Origin: an uncultured Desulfobacter sp.
Lineage (GTDB): Bacteria; Desulfobacterota; Desulfobacteria; Desulfobacterales; Desulfobacteraceae
Assembly (NCBI GenBank): GCA_963665095.1
Contig: OY762069.1
Span: 6,464,001 to 6,528,000 of the forward strand
DNA: 64,000 nt
Direction of reading: 5' to 3'
Made by a program: the position numbers and the translations under genes. Shown in pieces: positions 49,751-60,810 of this stretch. Every line of letters starts with the position of its first letter. Position 1 is the first letter of the stretch. The notes beneath the pieces are model-generated. The model had not been told where the DNA came from, did not search any database, and worked only from the letters and a program-made list of their open reading frames with translations.

Positions 49751-49934
49751 AGACATAAAAAAAAATTTTCCCCGCAAATACAGGTTGTTCCAAAAATAAA
49801 AGATATATTTGTAGACGGAATACTGAATTTAATAGCAATATTTTACTTAAAACTAAATTATCGGAAAAATTATACTTGAATGGGTCGTTCAATTCCTGTA
49901 TTAAGATCAATCAGTCTCCATATTTAATAGGAAG

Positions 49935-49947
49935 AATCAAAATATTG
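49935..49947 (+). promoter_or_regulatory. Possible IHF site
   Basis: AATCAA-AATA-TTG matches WATCAA-N4-TTR, but lies in an AT-rich region and further upstream than usual. Confidence 0.3.
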
Positions 49948-50024
49948 AAGTCTGATATCTATATATTATGTGTATTTCAACAAACAAATAATCAGAAATA
50001 TTTTACTGAAAATGGAGTATCCCC

Positions 50025-51446
50025 ATGCTGATTCGACTGGCATGCGCCATTAAAGAGAAAAATATCCTTACTCAGCTTTCAAACAGAATGGAAGAGCAGG
50101 ACGTCCAGCTCCAGTTTTTTAAGCCAACAACGCTTTCGTGGCAGGCTCTTGCCAGAAGTTGTGCGGATGTCTTTATTGTCAGCAGTTCTGCAGTACCAAA
50201 ACCTGTGGAGTCCAGCATCTCTTTGCTCAATGAACTGCCGGAGTCGCCCATGACCATTGTTTTGCATAACCGGGAGTCATCTGAAGAGCATGCCAACCTG
50301 CTGGCGGCCGGTGTTGATGTGGTGCTTTATTCCGGTATCTCAACGGACAGCCTTTTAGAGGCCATTGACACAACGCTGGAGTCCCGGCGGCAGTTCTACT
50401 ATTCCGAACGCTTTGACCGGCGGGGACGGTTTCTGCCCCGGCTTAACGATTTTACCTCCAACAGCCGTCAGATGCAGGTGTTTCTTGATGAGACCCGGCA
50501 GGTGGTATCCAGTGATGCCACAATCCTGCTGTTAGGCGAAACAGGTGTGGGCAAGGAGCATCTGTCCAAAGCCATACATACGGACAGCCACCGGTCCACA
50601 GGTCCCTTTATCGCCATCAACATGGCCGCCATTCCGGAACAGCTCATGGAAAGCGAACTGTTCGGCCATGAGCAGGGTGCGTTTACCGGAGCGGTGCGTT
50701 CCCGGCGCGGAGCCTTTGAAATGGCCCACGGCGGCACCATTTTTCTGGATGAAATAGGGGAGATGCCCTTGCAGATGCAGACCAAACTGCTCAGGGTACT
50801 CCAGGAACTTGAATTTACGCCTGTGGGCGGTGAGAAACCGGTGTGGGTGGATGTCAGGGTCATTGCAGCCACCAATAAAGATCTTGAAAAGGAGATTGAA
50901 AAAGGCACCTTCCGAAAAGATCTTTACTACCGGTTAGGGGTGATCACGCTTACACTTCCGCCCCTGAGAAAAAGAAAGGAGGATATTCCCTCCCTGGCCA
51001 ACCATTTTCTGACCATGAACCAGCAGAAATTCGGCCGGAATCTCAAACGCTTTTCTCCCCAGGCCATGGAGGCCCTGTGCCGGTACGAGTGGCCGGGAAA
51101 CATCCGGGAACTCATGAATGTGATTGAGCGGGCCGTGCTGCTCTGCAAATCAGATACCGTGGGGCTGACCGAACTGCCGACGGTTTTTCATCACCCCCTG
51201 CCCGCAACAGGCAACGGGCATGTGTCCGGCTTTCCTTTCCCCCAAAAGTGGGAGTCCATGACTCTGCCTGAGGTCAAGGAGGCGGTGTATGACCGGGTGG
51301 AGGCCCAGTACCTTGCCATGGTCCTGAAAAAAACAAAAGGCCGGATCAATGAAACCGCCCAGATTGCCGGAATCCATCCCAGGGGGCTTTATGCCAAAAT
51401 GAAAAAACTGGGACTGGACAAGGCTGATTTTAAACTTCAAGGATAA
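50025..51446 (+). CDS. Sigma54-dependent enhancer-binding protein with degenerate receiver domain
   Basis: GETGVGKE, ESELFGHEQGAFTGA, FLDEIG, QTKLLRVLQE, FRKDLYYRL and WPGNIREL; C-terminal Fis HTH. Confidence 0.93.
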   Translation: MLIRLACAIKEKNILTQLSNRMEEQDVQLQFFKPTTLSWQALARSCADVFIVSSSAVPKPVESSISLLNELPESPMTIVLHNRESSEEHANLLAAGVDVVLYSGISTDSLLEAIDTTLESRRQFYYSERFDRRGRFLPRLNDFTSNSRQMQVFLDETRQVVSSDATILLLGETGVGKEHLSKAIHTDSHRSTGPFIAINMAAIPEQLMESELFGHEQGAFTGAVRSRRGAFEMAHGGTIFLDEIGEMPLQMQTKLLRVLQELEFTPVGGEKPVWVDVRVIAATNKDLEKEIEKGTFRKDLYYRLGVITLTLPPLRKRKEDIPSLANHFLTMNQQKFGRNLKRFSPQAMEALCRYEWPGNIRELMNVIERAVLLCKSDTVGLTELPTVFHHPLPATGNGHVSGFPFPQKWESMTLPEVKEAVYDRVEAQYLAMVLKKTKGRINETAQIAGIHPRGLYAKMKKLGLDKADFKLQG

Positions 51447-51457
51447 CCACTGTTAAT

Positions 51458-52048
51458 ATGTATTCTCCATTTCATTATCAGATTTCAGAGTATGACTGCG
51501 TTCCTGCGGCGCTTACCAATGCAGTTTCTTTCCTTTTTCACAGAAAGGAGATTCCTCCCATGGTGATTCAGCACATTTATCTTTATTGCCTGGACACCGT
51601 GGGCCGGAATTGCCGGTTCGGCATCGGCGGCACCAGTAAGTATGCGGTTCGCCTGGTGGGCAACTGGCTGGACTCTTACAAAATGAAATCCTTTGCAGTG
51701 AAAACCCAATTTCTGGAGAAGGCGGCTGTGAATATGGCGCCGGGCGGGCAGATTGAAACCTGCCTTGAAGAGGGCGGTGTGGTGCTTTGCAATATTCTTT
51801 TAACCCCCCGGGACGAACACTACCTTATGATAACGGCCATGGATGATGAGTGGGTATATTGTTTTGATTCATACCGCCGGCAGTCCATCCGCGGTATGAA
51901 AGGTATGGCCCGGGTCATTGAACCTGAAGACGGGCGGGCCGCCAACCTGAAAATCAGGCGGGACTGGATTGGCCAGGATCAGGTGACGCGCTTTTGTCTT
52001 GGCCCCATGGATATGCGGGAAAGCCTTCTTGTCTGGCGGATATCCTGA
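51458..52048 (+). CDS. Standalone C39-like (papain-fold) cysteine peptidase
   Basis: Q8-x5-C14 (YQISEYDCVP), EHYLMI (His) and YCFDSY (Asp); no signal peptide; 11 bp after the bEBP stop. Confidence 0.7.
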   Translation: MYSPFHYQISEYDCVPAALTNAVSFLFHRKEIPPMVIQHIYLYCLDTVGRNCRFGIGGTSKYAVRLVGNWLDSYKMKSFAVKTQFLEKAAVNMAPGGQIETCLEEGGVVLCNILLTPRDEHYLMITAMDDEWVYCFDSYRRQSIRGMKGMARVIEPEDGRAANLKIRRDWIGQDQVTRFCLGPMDMRESLLVWRIS

Positions 52049-52131
52049 ACCGGACAATGTCTAAGGATGAATGAATTTGACACAAGGGTAAAGAAGGGTT
52101 AGTTTTAAAAATCCTCGCAGAATGAACCAGG

Positions 52132-52156
52132 GCTCCCTATTGAAGGGAGCTTTTTT
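52132..52156 (+). terminator. Intrinsic terminator
   Basis: GCTCCCT-ATTGA-AGGGAGC-TTTTTT. Confidence 0.75.
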
Positions 52157-52189
52157 GTGGCAGATCAGATCACGATTGGAACAAGGGTA

Positions 52190-52972
52190 ATGCAAATGAC
52201 AAATTCCATATTTCAAAATAAGGCCCTGCTGATTGCCATTGCCGTGGTACTGGTTTTGGTGGAACTTCAGATTTTTTTTATTTTTTCTGCTAAATCGGGT
52301 GAAAAGCACACCCTGCAGATTTTAAATGATCAGGGCACCGTGATTTATGAAACGGATGGCCAGCATTTGACCCAGTTTAAAAAATATTATTTTGAAGCCA
52401 CCTTTGGGCCCTTTGAGAATTATGAGAAAAAGCTGGTGAGCCGGACGGTACCTTTTCCCTTCCGGGGCTGGTTTGCAACGGCTGTGGGCTTTCCCATGGG
52501 GTTTGTTCTGCTGTTTTCATTTATTGTTTCTGCCATCTCTACTCTTTTCGGCAAGAAAAACAAGCAGGATCAGGAAGCCAAAAAGGAGGATCCCCAGCCC
52601 AAGGGACGGGTGGACCAGTTTCTGGCCCAGATCAACCGCATGAATATATTTATGGTGGGTGGTGCGGTTTTTTTAATTGTGCTGGCCTTCTGGGTTCTGC
52701 CCAACCTGGTGACGATTATCGGCCAGACCGGCCTTGAGATTATTGACCGGTATCGGTGGTTTTTTGCCGTGGCCGGCATTGCCGTTCTTCTGATTTTTGC
52801 CTGGTTTCTTTATCTGCGGTTTCTTCTGGCCAAAAAGGCCCTGGAGGCGGAAACCCATCTCCGCGAGCATCAGATGAACCTCAACAGTCTGCCCGGGCCT
52901 GATTCTTCACCCCTCAGAATCGAAGATAAATCCGATCCATCAATAATGGATGTTGATATCTCTGAAGAATAG
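52190..52972 (+). CDS. Hypothetical membrane protein (about 4 TM); start uncertain
   Basis: Four hydrophobic segments with a soluble loop; long ORF filling the gap. Confidence 0.7.
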   Translation: MQMTNSIFQNKALLIAIAVVLVLVELQIFFIFSAKSGEKHTLQILNDQGTVIYETDGQHLTQFKKYYFEATFGPFENYEKKLVSRTVPFPFRGWFATAVGFPMGFVLLFSFIVSAISTLFGKKNKQDQEAKKEDPQPKGRVDQFLAQINRMNIFMVGGAVFLIVLAFWVLPNLVTIIGQTGLEIIDRYRWFFAVAGIAVLLIFAWFLYLRFLLAKKALEAETHLREHQMNLNSLPGPDSSPLRIEDKSDPSIMDVDISEE

Positions 52973-53066
52973 ATTGTACTGTTTACTTTATTTGCCTTTT
53001 AAAGGCCCGTCAAATTGCACTTGAGGATCGTATACTTTTGAGGGCCTGCCCTGGGTGATCTGTTTT

Positions 53067-55616
53067 TCAGTTTTTGTATTTTGAATTCAGATAATCCAGG
53101 ACCTGTTGGGGGGAGGTCAGATTGATCACTGCCTGGGCCATCTCTCTGGCTTCCGACATGGACACATTGCCCACCGTTTTTTTTACATCAGGGATGGCAG
53201 GGGCGTTCATGCTCAATTCGTCCAGGCCCATGCCAACCAGGATCGGGGTGACCAGGGGATTGCCGGCAAGCTCCCCGCACATACCCACCCAGATTCCTGC
53301 CTGACGGGCAGCGGCAGCTGTCTGGGACACCATGCGCAGCACCGCAGGGTGCAGGGCATTGGTGAGGTGGCTTACCTTGCGGTTGCCGCGGTCCGCACCC
53401 ATAACATACTGGGTGAGATCATTGGAGCCGATGCTGAAAAAGTCAGCCTCTTCAGCCAGCTGGTCTGCAACGGCCACAGCTGACGGCACCTCAATCATGA
53501 GTCCCACTTCAATAGTGTCATCAAAGGGGATTTCAGCGTCCGTCAGCTCCTGTTTCACTTCATTGAGCATGGCTTTGGCCTTGCAGAATTCCGGCTGGCT
53601 GCTGATCATGGGGAACATGATTTTGATATTGTGCCCGTGGCTGGCTTTTAGTATGGCCCGCAGCTGGGGTTTGAAAACCTCGGGATGTTCAAGGCAGAAC
53701 CGGATACCCCGCAGGCCCAGAAAGGGGTTCTCCTCCGGTGCCATGTCCAGATAAGGGATAAATTTGTCTCCGCCCACATCCAGGGTACGGATAACCAGGG
53801 GCTGTTTCCCCATGGCTGCGGCGACTTCGGCATAGGCTGCCAGCTGTTCCTCTTCTGTGGGTGCCTGGGACCGGCCCAGAAACAGGAATTCGGTTCTGAA
53901 AAGCCCCACGCCGTCAGCGCCATAATCCAGAGCCACCCCGGTATCAAAGGGGCCGCCGATATTGGCTGCAACCTCAATGGTCTTCGCGTCTTTCCCCTTT
54001 GTCACTGCCGGTTGCAGGGCCTGGGCTTTGAGCGCATTCTGCCGGGATATCCACCGGTCACGCCGGGACTGTAATTCAGTCAGTTGTACCTGGGTGGGCC
54101 GGGGCCAGACCTGGCCGTTGGTGCCGTCCAGCGCAACCACAGTGCCTTCAGGTACGTCGCCTAATCCCTGGGGCAGGCCTACCACGGCGGGAATACCTAA
54201 GGCTTTGGCCACAATGGCGCTGTGGGAGGTGGCGCCGCCTTGTTCGGTGCAGAACGCCAGAACTTTTTCAGGATTCAGGCGGGCCGTATCTGATGGGGTC
54301 AGCTCGAATGCAAATACAATTGAGGGGTGCAAGAAATCCAGGCCGGGAAGCGCCTCCCCCAGCAAATGCCGCAACACCCGTCTGCCCACATCAATGACGT
54401 CTGCCGCACGTTCCCGAAGATATGGGTCTTCCAGTCTGCGGTATTCATCTGCCATGGCCTCAATGGCGTTGCTCCAGGCAGATTCTGCGTTTATTTTCCT
54501 GTTAATCACCTGATCTTTTACCCCATCCAGCAGGGCCGGATCATCCAGAAACATTTGCTGGGCATCAAAAATGGCGGCCTGGTCAGCACCGATCTGCCGG
54601 GCAGCCTGATTTTTCAAAAGATCAAGGTCCTGTTTGGCCTGGTCAAGGCTGCCCTGGAATTTTTCCCATTCCACATCACCATTTTCTATTAAAGTTGCAG
54701 TAACTTCCGGCATCCGGGAAGTGTAATGGGCCACAGGGCCGATGGCAATGCCGGGTGAGGCTGGAATGCCGGTTAAAATACCATCGGCATTCTTTTGGGG
54801 GGCAGACGCTGGTGGGGCCTCGGATGATTGGGGGATGTCTGAATTGTCCTCCTTATCACCAAATTTATCTTCAGCCAGAACCTGGATGGCATCCAGTGCG
54901 GCCCGGGCATCGGGTCCCGTTGCCTTGACAACAATGCTGTCATTGTGGCCTGCGCCCAGGGTGGCTACCTGGTTGATGCTTTTTGCATTGGCGGTTTTTT
55001 CGCCTTTAGCCACTGTGATATTGGATTGAAACCGGCCGGCGGTTTTAACGAAATTGGCTGCAGGCCTGGCATGCAGGCCCATACGGTTGAGAATGGTAAT
55101 GGTGATCTGAACTGTGTCGCCAGGCGGCTCAGCCGGGCAGGGTGAGTCTGCATCAGGGTTGGAACCCGGCAGGCGTGTCATATCTGATCCGGGTGGCACC
55201 CCCATGGCCGGTGACAGCTGATCCATTTTGGCGGAAAGTGCTCCCATGGCTTCATGCATCACCTGCTCAAGGGTGCTGCCGATGGACGCTTGAACTGCTG
55301 CGGCCACAGCACCTTCCACAATGGGGGCGGCACATAGTTTTACCTTTTCCTGCTGTGCCGGCTCAAGAAATTCCAGTGCCATCTCTGCACTGAGAAGTGC
55401 CGAACCCAGGTCCATGAGCACCAGTACCCCGTCTTCACTGAAAACAGATTCAATTGCGGCCTGAACTTTAAAGGCATCCGTGCCAATGGGATTTTCCGGA
55501 TCATCTATGCCGCCGGCAACGGCAATCTGACCCTGTCCCCGGGTCATTTGTTCTGCCAGCTCTTTTACGCCCTGGGCCAGGGCGGCACTATGGGAAACTA
55601 TGACAAGACCAACCAT
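53067..55616 (-). CDS. dhaM: DhaM(EIIA)-HPr-Enzyme I multiphosphoryl transfer protein
   Basis: MVGLVIVSHS (EIIA His), DLGSA; HPr GLHARPA and NAKSI; EI TSHSAI, GLFRTEF, RTLDVGGDK, SIGSNDLTQY and CGE. Confidence 0.92.
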   Translation of the reverse strand: MVGLVIVSHSAALAQGVKELAEQMTRGQGQIAVAGGIDDPENPIGTDAFKVQAAIESVFSEDGVLVLMDLGSALLSAEMALEFLEPAQQEKVKLCAAPIVEGAVAAAVQASIGSTLEQVMHEAMGALSAKMDQLSPAMGVPPGSDMTRLPGSNPDADSPCPAEPPGDTVQITITILNRMGLHARPAANFVKTAGRFQSNITVAKGEKTANAKSINQVATLGAGHNDSIVVKATGPDARAALDAIQVLAEDKFGDKEDNSDIPQSSEAPPASAPQKNADGILTGIPASPGIAIGPVAHYTSRMPEVTATLIENGDVEWEKFQGSLDQAKQDLDLLKNQAARQIGADQAAIFDAQQMFLDDPALLDGVKDQVINRKINAESAWSNAIEAMADEYRRLEDPYLRERAADVIDVGRRVLRHLLGEALPGLDFLHPSIVFAFELTPSDTARLNPEKVLAFCTEQGGATSHSAIVAKALGIPAVVGLPQGLGDVPEGTVVALDGTNGQVWPRPTQVQLTELQSRRDRWISRQNALKAQALQPAVTKGKDAKTIEVAANIGGPFDTGVALDYGADGVGLFRTEFLFLGRSQAPTEEEQLAAYAEVAAAMGKQPLVIRTLDVGGDKFIPYLDMAPEENPFLGLRGIRFCLEHPEVFKPQLRAILKASHGHNIKIMFPMISSQPEFCKAKAMLNEVKQELTDAEIPFDDTIEVGLMIEVPSAVAVADQLAEEADFFSIGSNDLTQYVMGADRGNRKVSHLTNALHPAVLRMVSQTAAAARQAGIWVGMCGELAGNPLVTPILVGMGLDELSMNAPAIPDVKKTVGNVSMSEAREMAQAVINLTSPQQVLDYLNSKYKN

Positions 55617-55741
55617 AATTCTTTTTTCCTTTGTCAGCCCTGATTGCCGTCAACCTACCATTGGCTGCTGTGAACCAAACAGTATAAAAAGCCTTTACCC
55701 GGTTCCGGCGTTTGTCGTAAGGGCCCGGGTCGGTCTGTCAA

Positions 55742-56374
55742 TCAGGCCTCAAGCGTTTCTAAAAACGTTTTAAGCAATAGGCAGGAGGAGGTGGCACCCG
55801 GGTCCTGATGCCCGATGCTGCGTTCTCCCAGGTAGCTCGCCCGGCCTTTTTTGGCCTGAAGGGGAATGGTGGCTGAAAGCCCCGTTTCGGCAGCTGCTAC
55901 CCCGGCCTTCATCAGCGCCAGAGTATCGCTGCCTTTGGATAACTCTGTCTGAATGGTTTCCAGAACCGGAGCCCAGACATCATACATGGTTTTGTCTCCC
56001 ACCTGTGGACGGCCACGCTGGATAATCCCGTCAACACCGCCCTTGAACATGGCGTACAGATCATTGTCATCCAGCTCTTCCTTCCCGGGAGCAGCTGCTG
56101 CTGCACGCATGAAAAAGGTGCCGTAAAGCGGACCGCTGGCACCGCCAACACTTGAAATCAATGTCATGCCGGTCTGTTTTAAGATATTGCCGATGTCTGA
56201 ATCGGCCAGGCTGGGCAGCTTTTCCTGAACTTTTTTAAACCCCCGGGCCATGTTGAACCCGTGGTCTGCATCACCGATTTCAGCATCCAGCTGGGTGAGG
56301 TAGTCTTTGTTTTCCTGGATGACATCTGCTGATTTCTGCAGCCATGTGATGATTTGCTCTTTGCTGACACTCAT
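55742..56374 (-). CDS. dhaL: Dihydroxyacetone kinase ADP-binding subunit
   Basis: LTQLDAEIGDADHG, GGASGPLYG, GDKTM and KGRASYLGERSIGHQDPGA. Confidence 0.96.
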   Translation of the reverse strand: MSVSKEQIITWLQKSADVIQENKDYLTQLDAEIGDADHGFNMARGFKKVQEKLPSLADSDIGNILKQTGMTLISSVGGASGPLYGTFFMRAAAAAPGKEELDDNDLYAMFKGGVDGIIQRGRPQVGDKTMYDVWAPVLETIQTELSKGSDTLALMKAGVAAAETGLSATIPLQAKKGRASYLGERSIGHQDPGATSSCLLLKTFLETLEA

Positions 56375-56490
56375 AGTTGCGCTCCGTAGAATATTAATTA
56401 GGGATGGTGGTACGGGTGCTATTATATCACCATGCACCAGCATCCCCAATCCTTATAAGGCATTAATTGTATCTAAACGCCGTATCGGTT

Positions 56491-57558
56491 TTATACGCCC
56501 CACCGAAGCCCCGGGGTGTTGACTGGTGCATCCCAGAATTTAAGGATCTCCTCGTCAGTCTTGAGCAGGGTAATGGAACAGCCCTGCATTTCCAGGGATG
56601 TAATATAAGGGCCGATCAGGTTGCGCACAATCTTGATGCCTTTGGCATCACATACCTCCACAAGCTTGCTGTAAACCGCGTAGAGCTCGGACAGAGGCGT
56701 TCCGCCCATGCTGTTGACAAAGGCAATCACTTCATCTCCTTTGGCAAAGGGCTTATCCGTAAGTGTTTTTTCTTCCCAGTCACCTTTCTGGGCATCCCAT
56801 TCACGCACAGTGCGGGTGTATGCTTCATCATCAATGATGGACAGGGCCATCTGTTCGGTGATCTCATCCACGGTTTTCATCTTGGTTCGTTCTGTACCCG
56901 GTTCTCCATGGATACCAATGCCCATTTCGATTTCATCCTCGGGCAGGTCAAAGGTGGGCTTCCCTGCTGCCGGTACTGTGCAGGAGGTCAGTGCCACACC
57001 CATGGAGCGGCCGTACTGGGAAACTTTCCGGGCAAGGTCAGCGCACTGTTCCAGGTCGTAGCCGGCTTCAGCAGCCGCGCCTACAATTTTTTCCACCAGT
57101 ACGGTGGTGCCCACGCCGCGGCGTCCGGCCGTGTAGAGACTGTCTTTTACCGCCACATCATCATCCACCAGGATGTTCTGCACTTTGATGCCGTCGGCAT
57201 GCACCATTTCTGCGGCAGTTTCAAAGTTCATGACGTCACCGGTATAGTTTTTCACCAGGAAGAGAACCCCTGCGTCAGAGGCAACTGCTTTGGCGCATTC
57301 GTACATCTGATCCGGTGTGGGGGAGGTAAAGACTTCGCCAGGGCAGGCACCATCCAGCATGCCCATGCCAACGAAGCCACCGTGCATGGGTTCATGCCCG
57401 GACCCGCCGCCGGAAATCAGTGCCACCTTTTTATTCGGAGCATCCGCACGGTATACAAAATGCGGATCAATTTTAACCGTGATTTCGGGATGGGCCTTGG
57501 CCACGCCTGCCAGTTGTTCTTTTACAACGTCGTCCACTGCATTAATGAGTTTTTTCAT
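56491..57558 (-). CDS. dhaK: Dihydroxyacetone kinase DhaK subunit
   Basis: [32 protein letters not shown] and TSLEM. Confidence 0.96.
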   Translation of the reverse strand: MKKLINAVDDVVKEQLAGVAKAHPEITVKIDPHFVYRADAPNKKVALISGGGSGHEPMHGGFVGMGMLDGACPGEVFTSPTPDQMYECAKAVASDAGVLFLVKNYTGDVMNFETAAEMVHADGIKVQNILVDDDVAVKDSLYTAGRRGVGTTVLVEKIVGAAAEAGYDLEQCADLARKVSQYGRSMGVALTSCTVPAAGKPTFDLPEDEIEMGIGIHGEPGTERTKMKTVDEITEQMALSIIDDEAYTRTVREWDAQKGDWEEKTLTDKPFAKGDEVIAFVNSMGGTPLSELYAVYSKLVEVCDAKGIKIVRNLIGPYITSLEMQGCSITLLKTDEEILKFWDAPVNTPGLRWGV

Positions 57559-57665
57559 TATTGTGTTCCTTATGGGGTTTTAAATCTCCATTAATACACA
57601 GAAACGGCTGTGCGTATTTAGACATCATTGCGTTCTAAAAAACCGCTTCGCTCTTCCGGTTTAAA

Positions 57666-58469
57666 CTATTTGCCTTCGGGCAGAAACGGGGTGATAAACC
57701 AGTCATAGGTCAGCACGCCCAAAATACCGCCGATGACGGGGGCAATAATGGGAGCAACCAGCCAGTAGATACCGTCAAACAGCCCCTGTGTGCCTGAAAG
57801 AAGACCAAAAATCCGAGGGCCGAAGTCGCGGGCAGGGTTGATGGCGTAACCGGAAACACCGCCCAGTGAAGTACCGATAACCAGAACGGTGGCACCAACA
57901 AGCACGGGGCCTAAGTTTGCCCCGATGGCGGTATTGCGTGTATCACCGGAAGCAATAACGCCCCACAGCAGAACGGCCGTACCCAGGATCTCGTTGATAA
58001 CACAGGTGGACAGCGGGTAGGGGCCGATGGCATGGCGGGCAGCACCGGCAGCACCGCTTCCCCAGGCCATTGCATCAAAAACAGTGCCGGGTCCGGTCGT
58101 GTAAATGTTGGGAAGACCTGCAGCCACAAGTCCTTCACGGTAAGCCATGTAAACAGCGGCAGCGCCCAGGAACGCACCAATAACCTGGGCAATAATATAT
58201 GGCAGAACCATGCTCCAGGGCAACGCTTTCCTAACGGCCAGTGCAACAGTAACGGCCGGATTTAAATGGGCGCCTGAAACACCTGCAGTCACGTAGACGG
58301 CGATGGCAACAGCAAAACACCACCCGATGTTGATGAGCAGCCAGCTGTAGGACTCTGCTCCGGTACGAGGTCCAAGGCCCACCTGGGCACACACGCCTAA
58401 TCCCAGCAGCAGAAGGATAAATGTTCCAAATAGCTCAGCGATAAACGGACCTAAAACTTTGTTGTTCAT
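57666..58469 (-). CDS. glpF: MIP aquaglyceroporin
   Basis: SGAHLNPAVT and GYAINPARDFGPR (glycerol-facilitator NPARD signature). Confidence 0.92.
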   Translation of the reverse strand: MNNKVLGPFIAELFGTFILLLLGLGVCAQVGLGPRTGAESYSWLLINIGWCFAVAIAVYVTAGVSGAHLNPAVTVALAVRKALPWSMVLPYIIAQVIGAFLGAAAVYMAYREGLVAAGLPNIYTTGPGTVFDAMAWGSGAAGAARHAIGPYPLSTCVINEILGTAVLLWGVIASGDTRNTAIGANLGPVLVGATVLVIGTSLGGVSGYAINPARDFGPRIFGLLSGTQGLFDGIYWLVAPIIAPVIGGILGVLTYDWFITPFLPEGK

Positions 58470-58871
58470 GACTATTTCCCTTTGTAAAAGTTAAATATTG
58501 TTAAAAATGTAAATTGTTCTATCTTTTTTGTCCTGACTTTTCATCTAATTATTAAAATAGTGTAGCCTTTTAAATTTTTTTAGCCGGCCAGCCTCCTTTC
58601 CCTGCCATGCTGTAACCCTTCAACATGGGAAGATATAAGTAAACCCTGCTTCATAATATGCTGACGCATGCAAAACAGCATATTATTAGCAATTTGCTAA
58701 TTTAACTTAGATAGAATGAGAAATTTTGTCAAGTGAATACAAGGTCAAAATTTTGATTTTTTTTATCCAAAATGTATATATATTATGCTATATTCGGTCC
58801 TCACCCCATACAGAGATACCCTACACCCTATAATGCCTACTCTACACCCTATATATCTAGTCTTTTTCAAA

Positions 58872-58908
58872 AAAAGAGCTGCATGAGACATCCCCATGCA
58901 GCTCTTTT
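58872..58908 (-). terminator. Intrinsic terminator of glpK
   Basis: AAAAGAGCTGCATG-AGACATCCC-CATGCAGCTCTTTT, a perfect stem with a T run on the minus strand. Confidence 0.8.
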
Positions 58909-58937
58909 AAGTAATATATATTTAGATAATAAAGGGT

Positions 58938-60449
<1,512 letters not shown>

Positions 60450-60595
60450 TTAAGTGGTTGCTTGTTTCTACCCGTCTAATCCATTGTAAAATCGGTATTA
60501 GACACTGCTCCAAAAAAAGGTATCGCTGTTTTTGGGCGGCCTGACTTCAAACATGGCATCTGCCAGGTTGTTCTTATTATCGGCTCCGCTTGAAA

Positions 60596-60810
60596 TATTC
60601 ATTTGTGAACACTAACTTTTAATTAAATTGTAAACACAAATAATATTCAAACAATTATGTCATTTTTAGTTCAGTAACTGACATAAATCAAGATAAAATT
60701 TTCAAAATTGAAAAAATGGTTTTTCATTGATGTCTCTATATTTGTTAAATTTATTTACAAATTTATGCGAATATGTATTATTGGAATAAACTAATTTTCA
60801 TTTTGGAATA
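60596..60810. promoter_or_regulatory. Three TTC-N6-GAA dyads, candidate GlpR operators
   Basis: TATTCATTTGTGAACA (60596), TTTTCAAAATTGAAAA (60699) and TTTTCATTTTGGAATA (60795) between divergent glpK and glpR. Confidence 0.45.

Noticed and set aside
49716..49910. 64-aa ORF over the sigma54 promoter region
   Set aside because: AT-rich regulatory DNA, non-ATG start, no RBS, and it spans the promoter.
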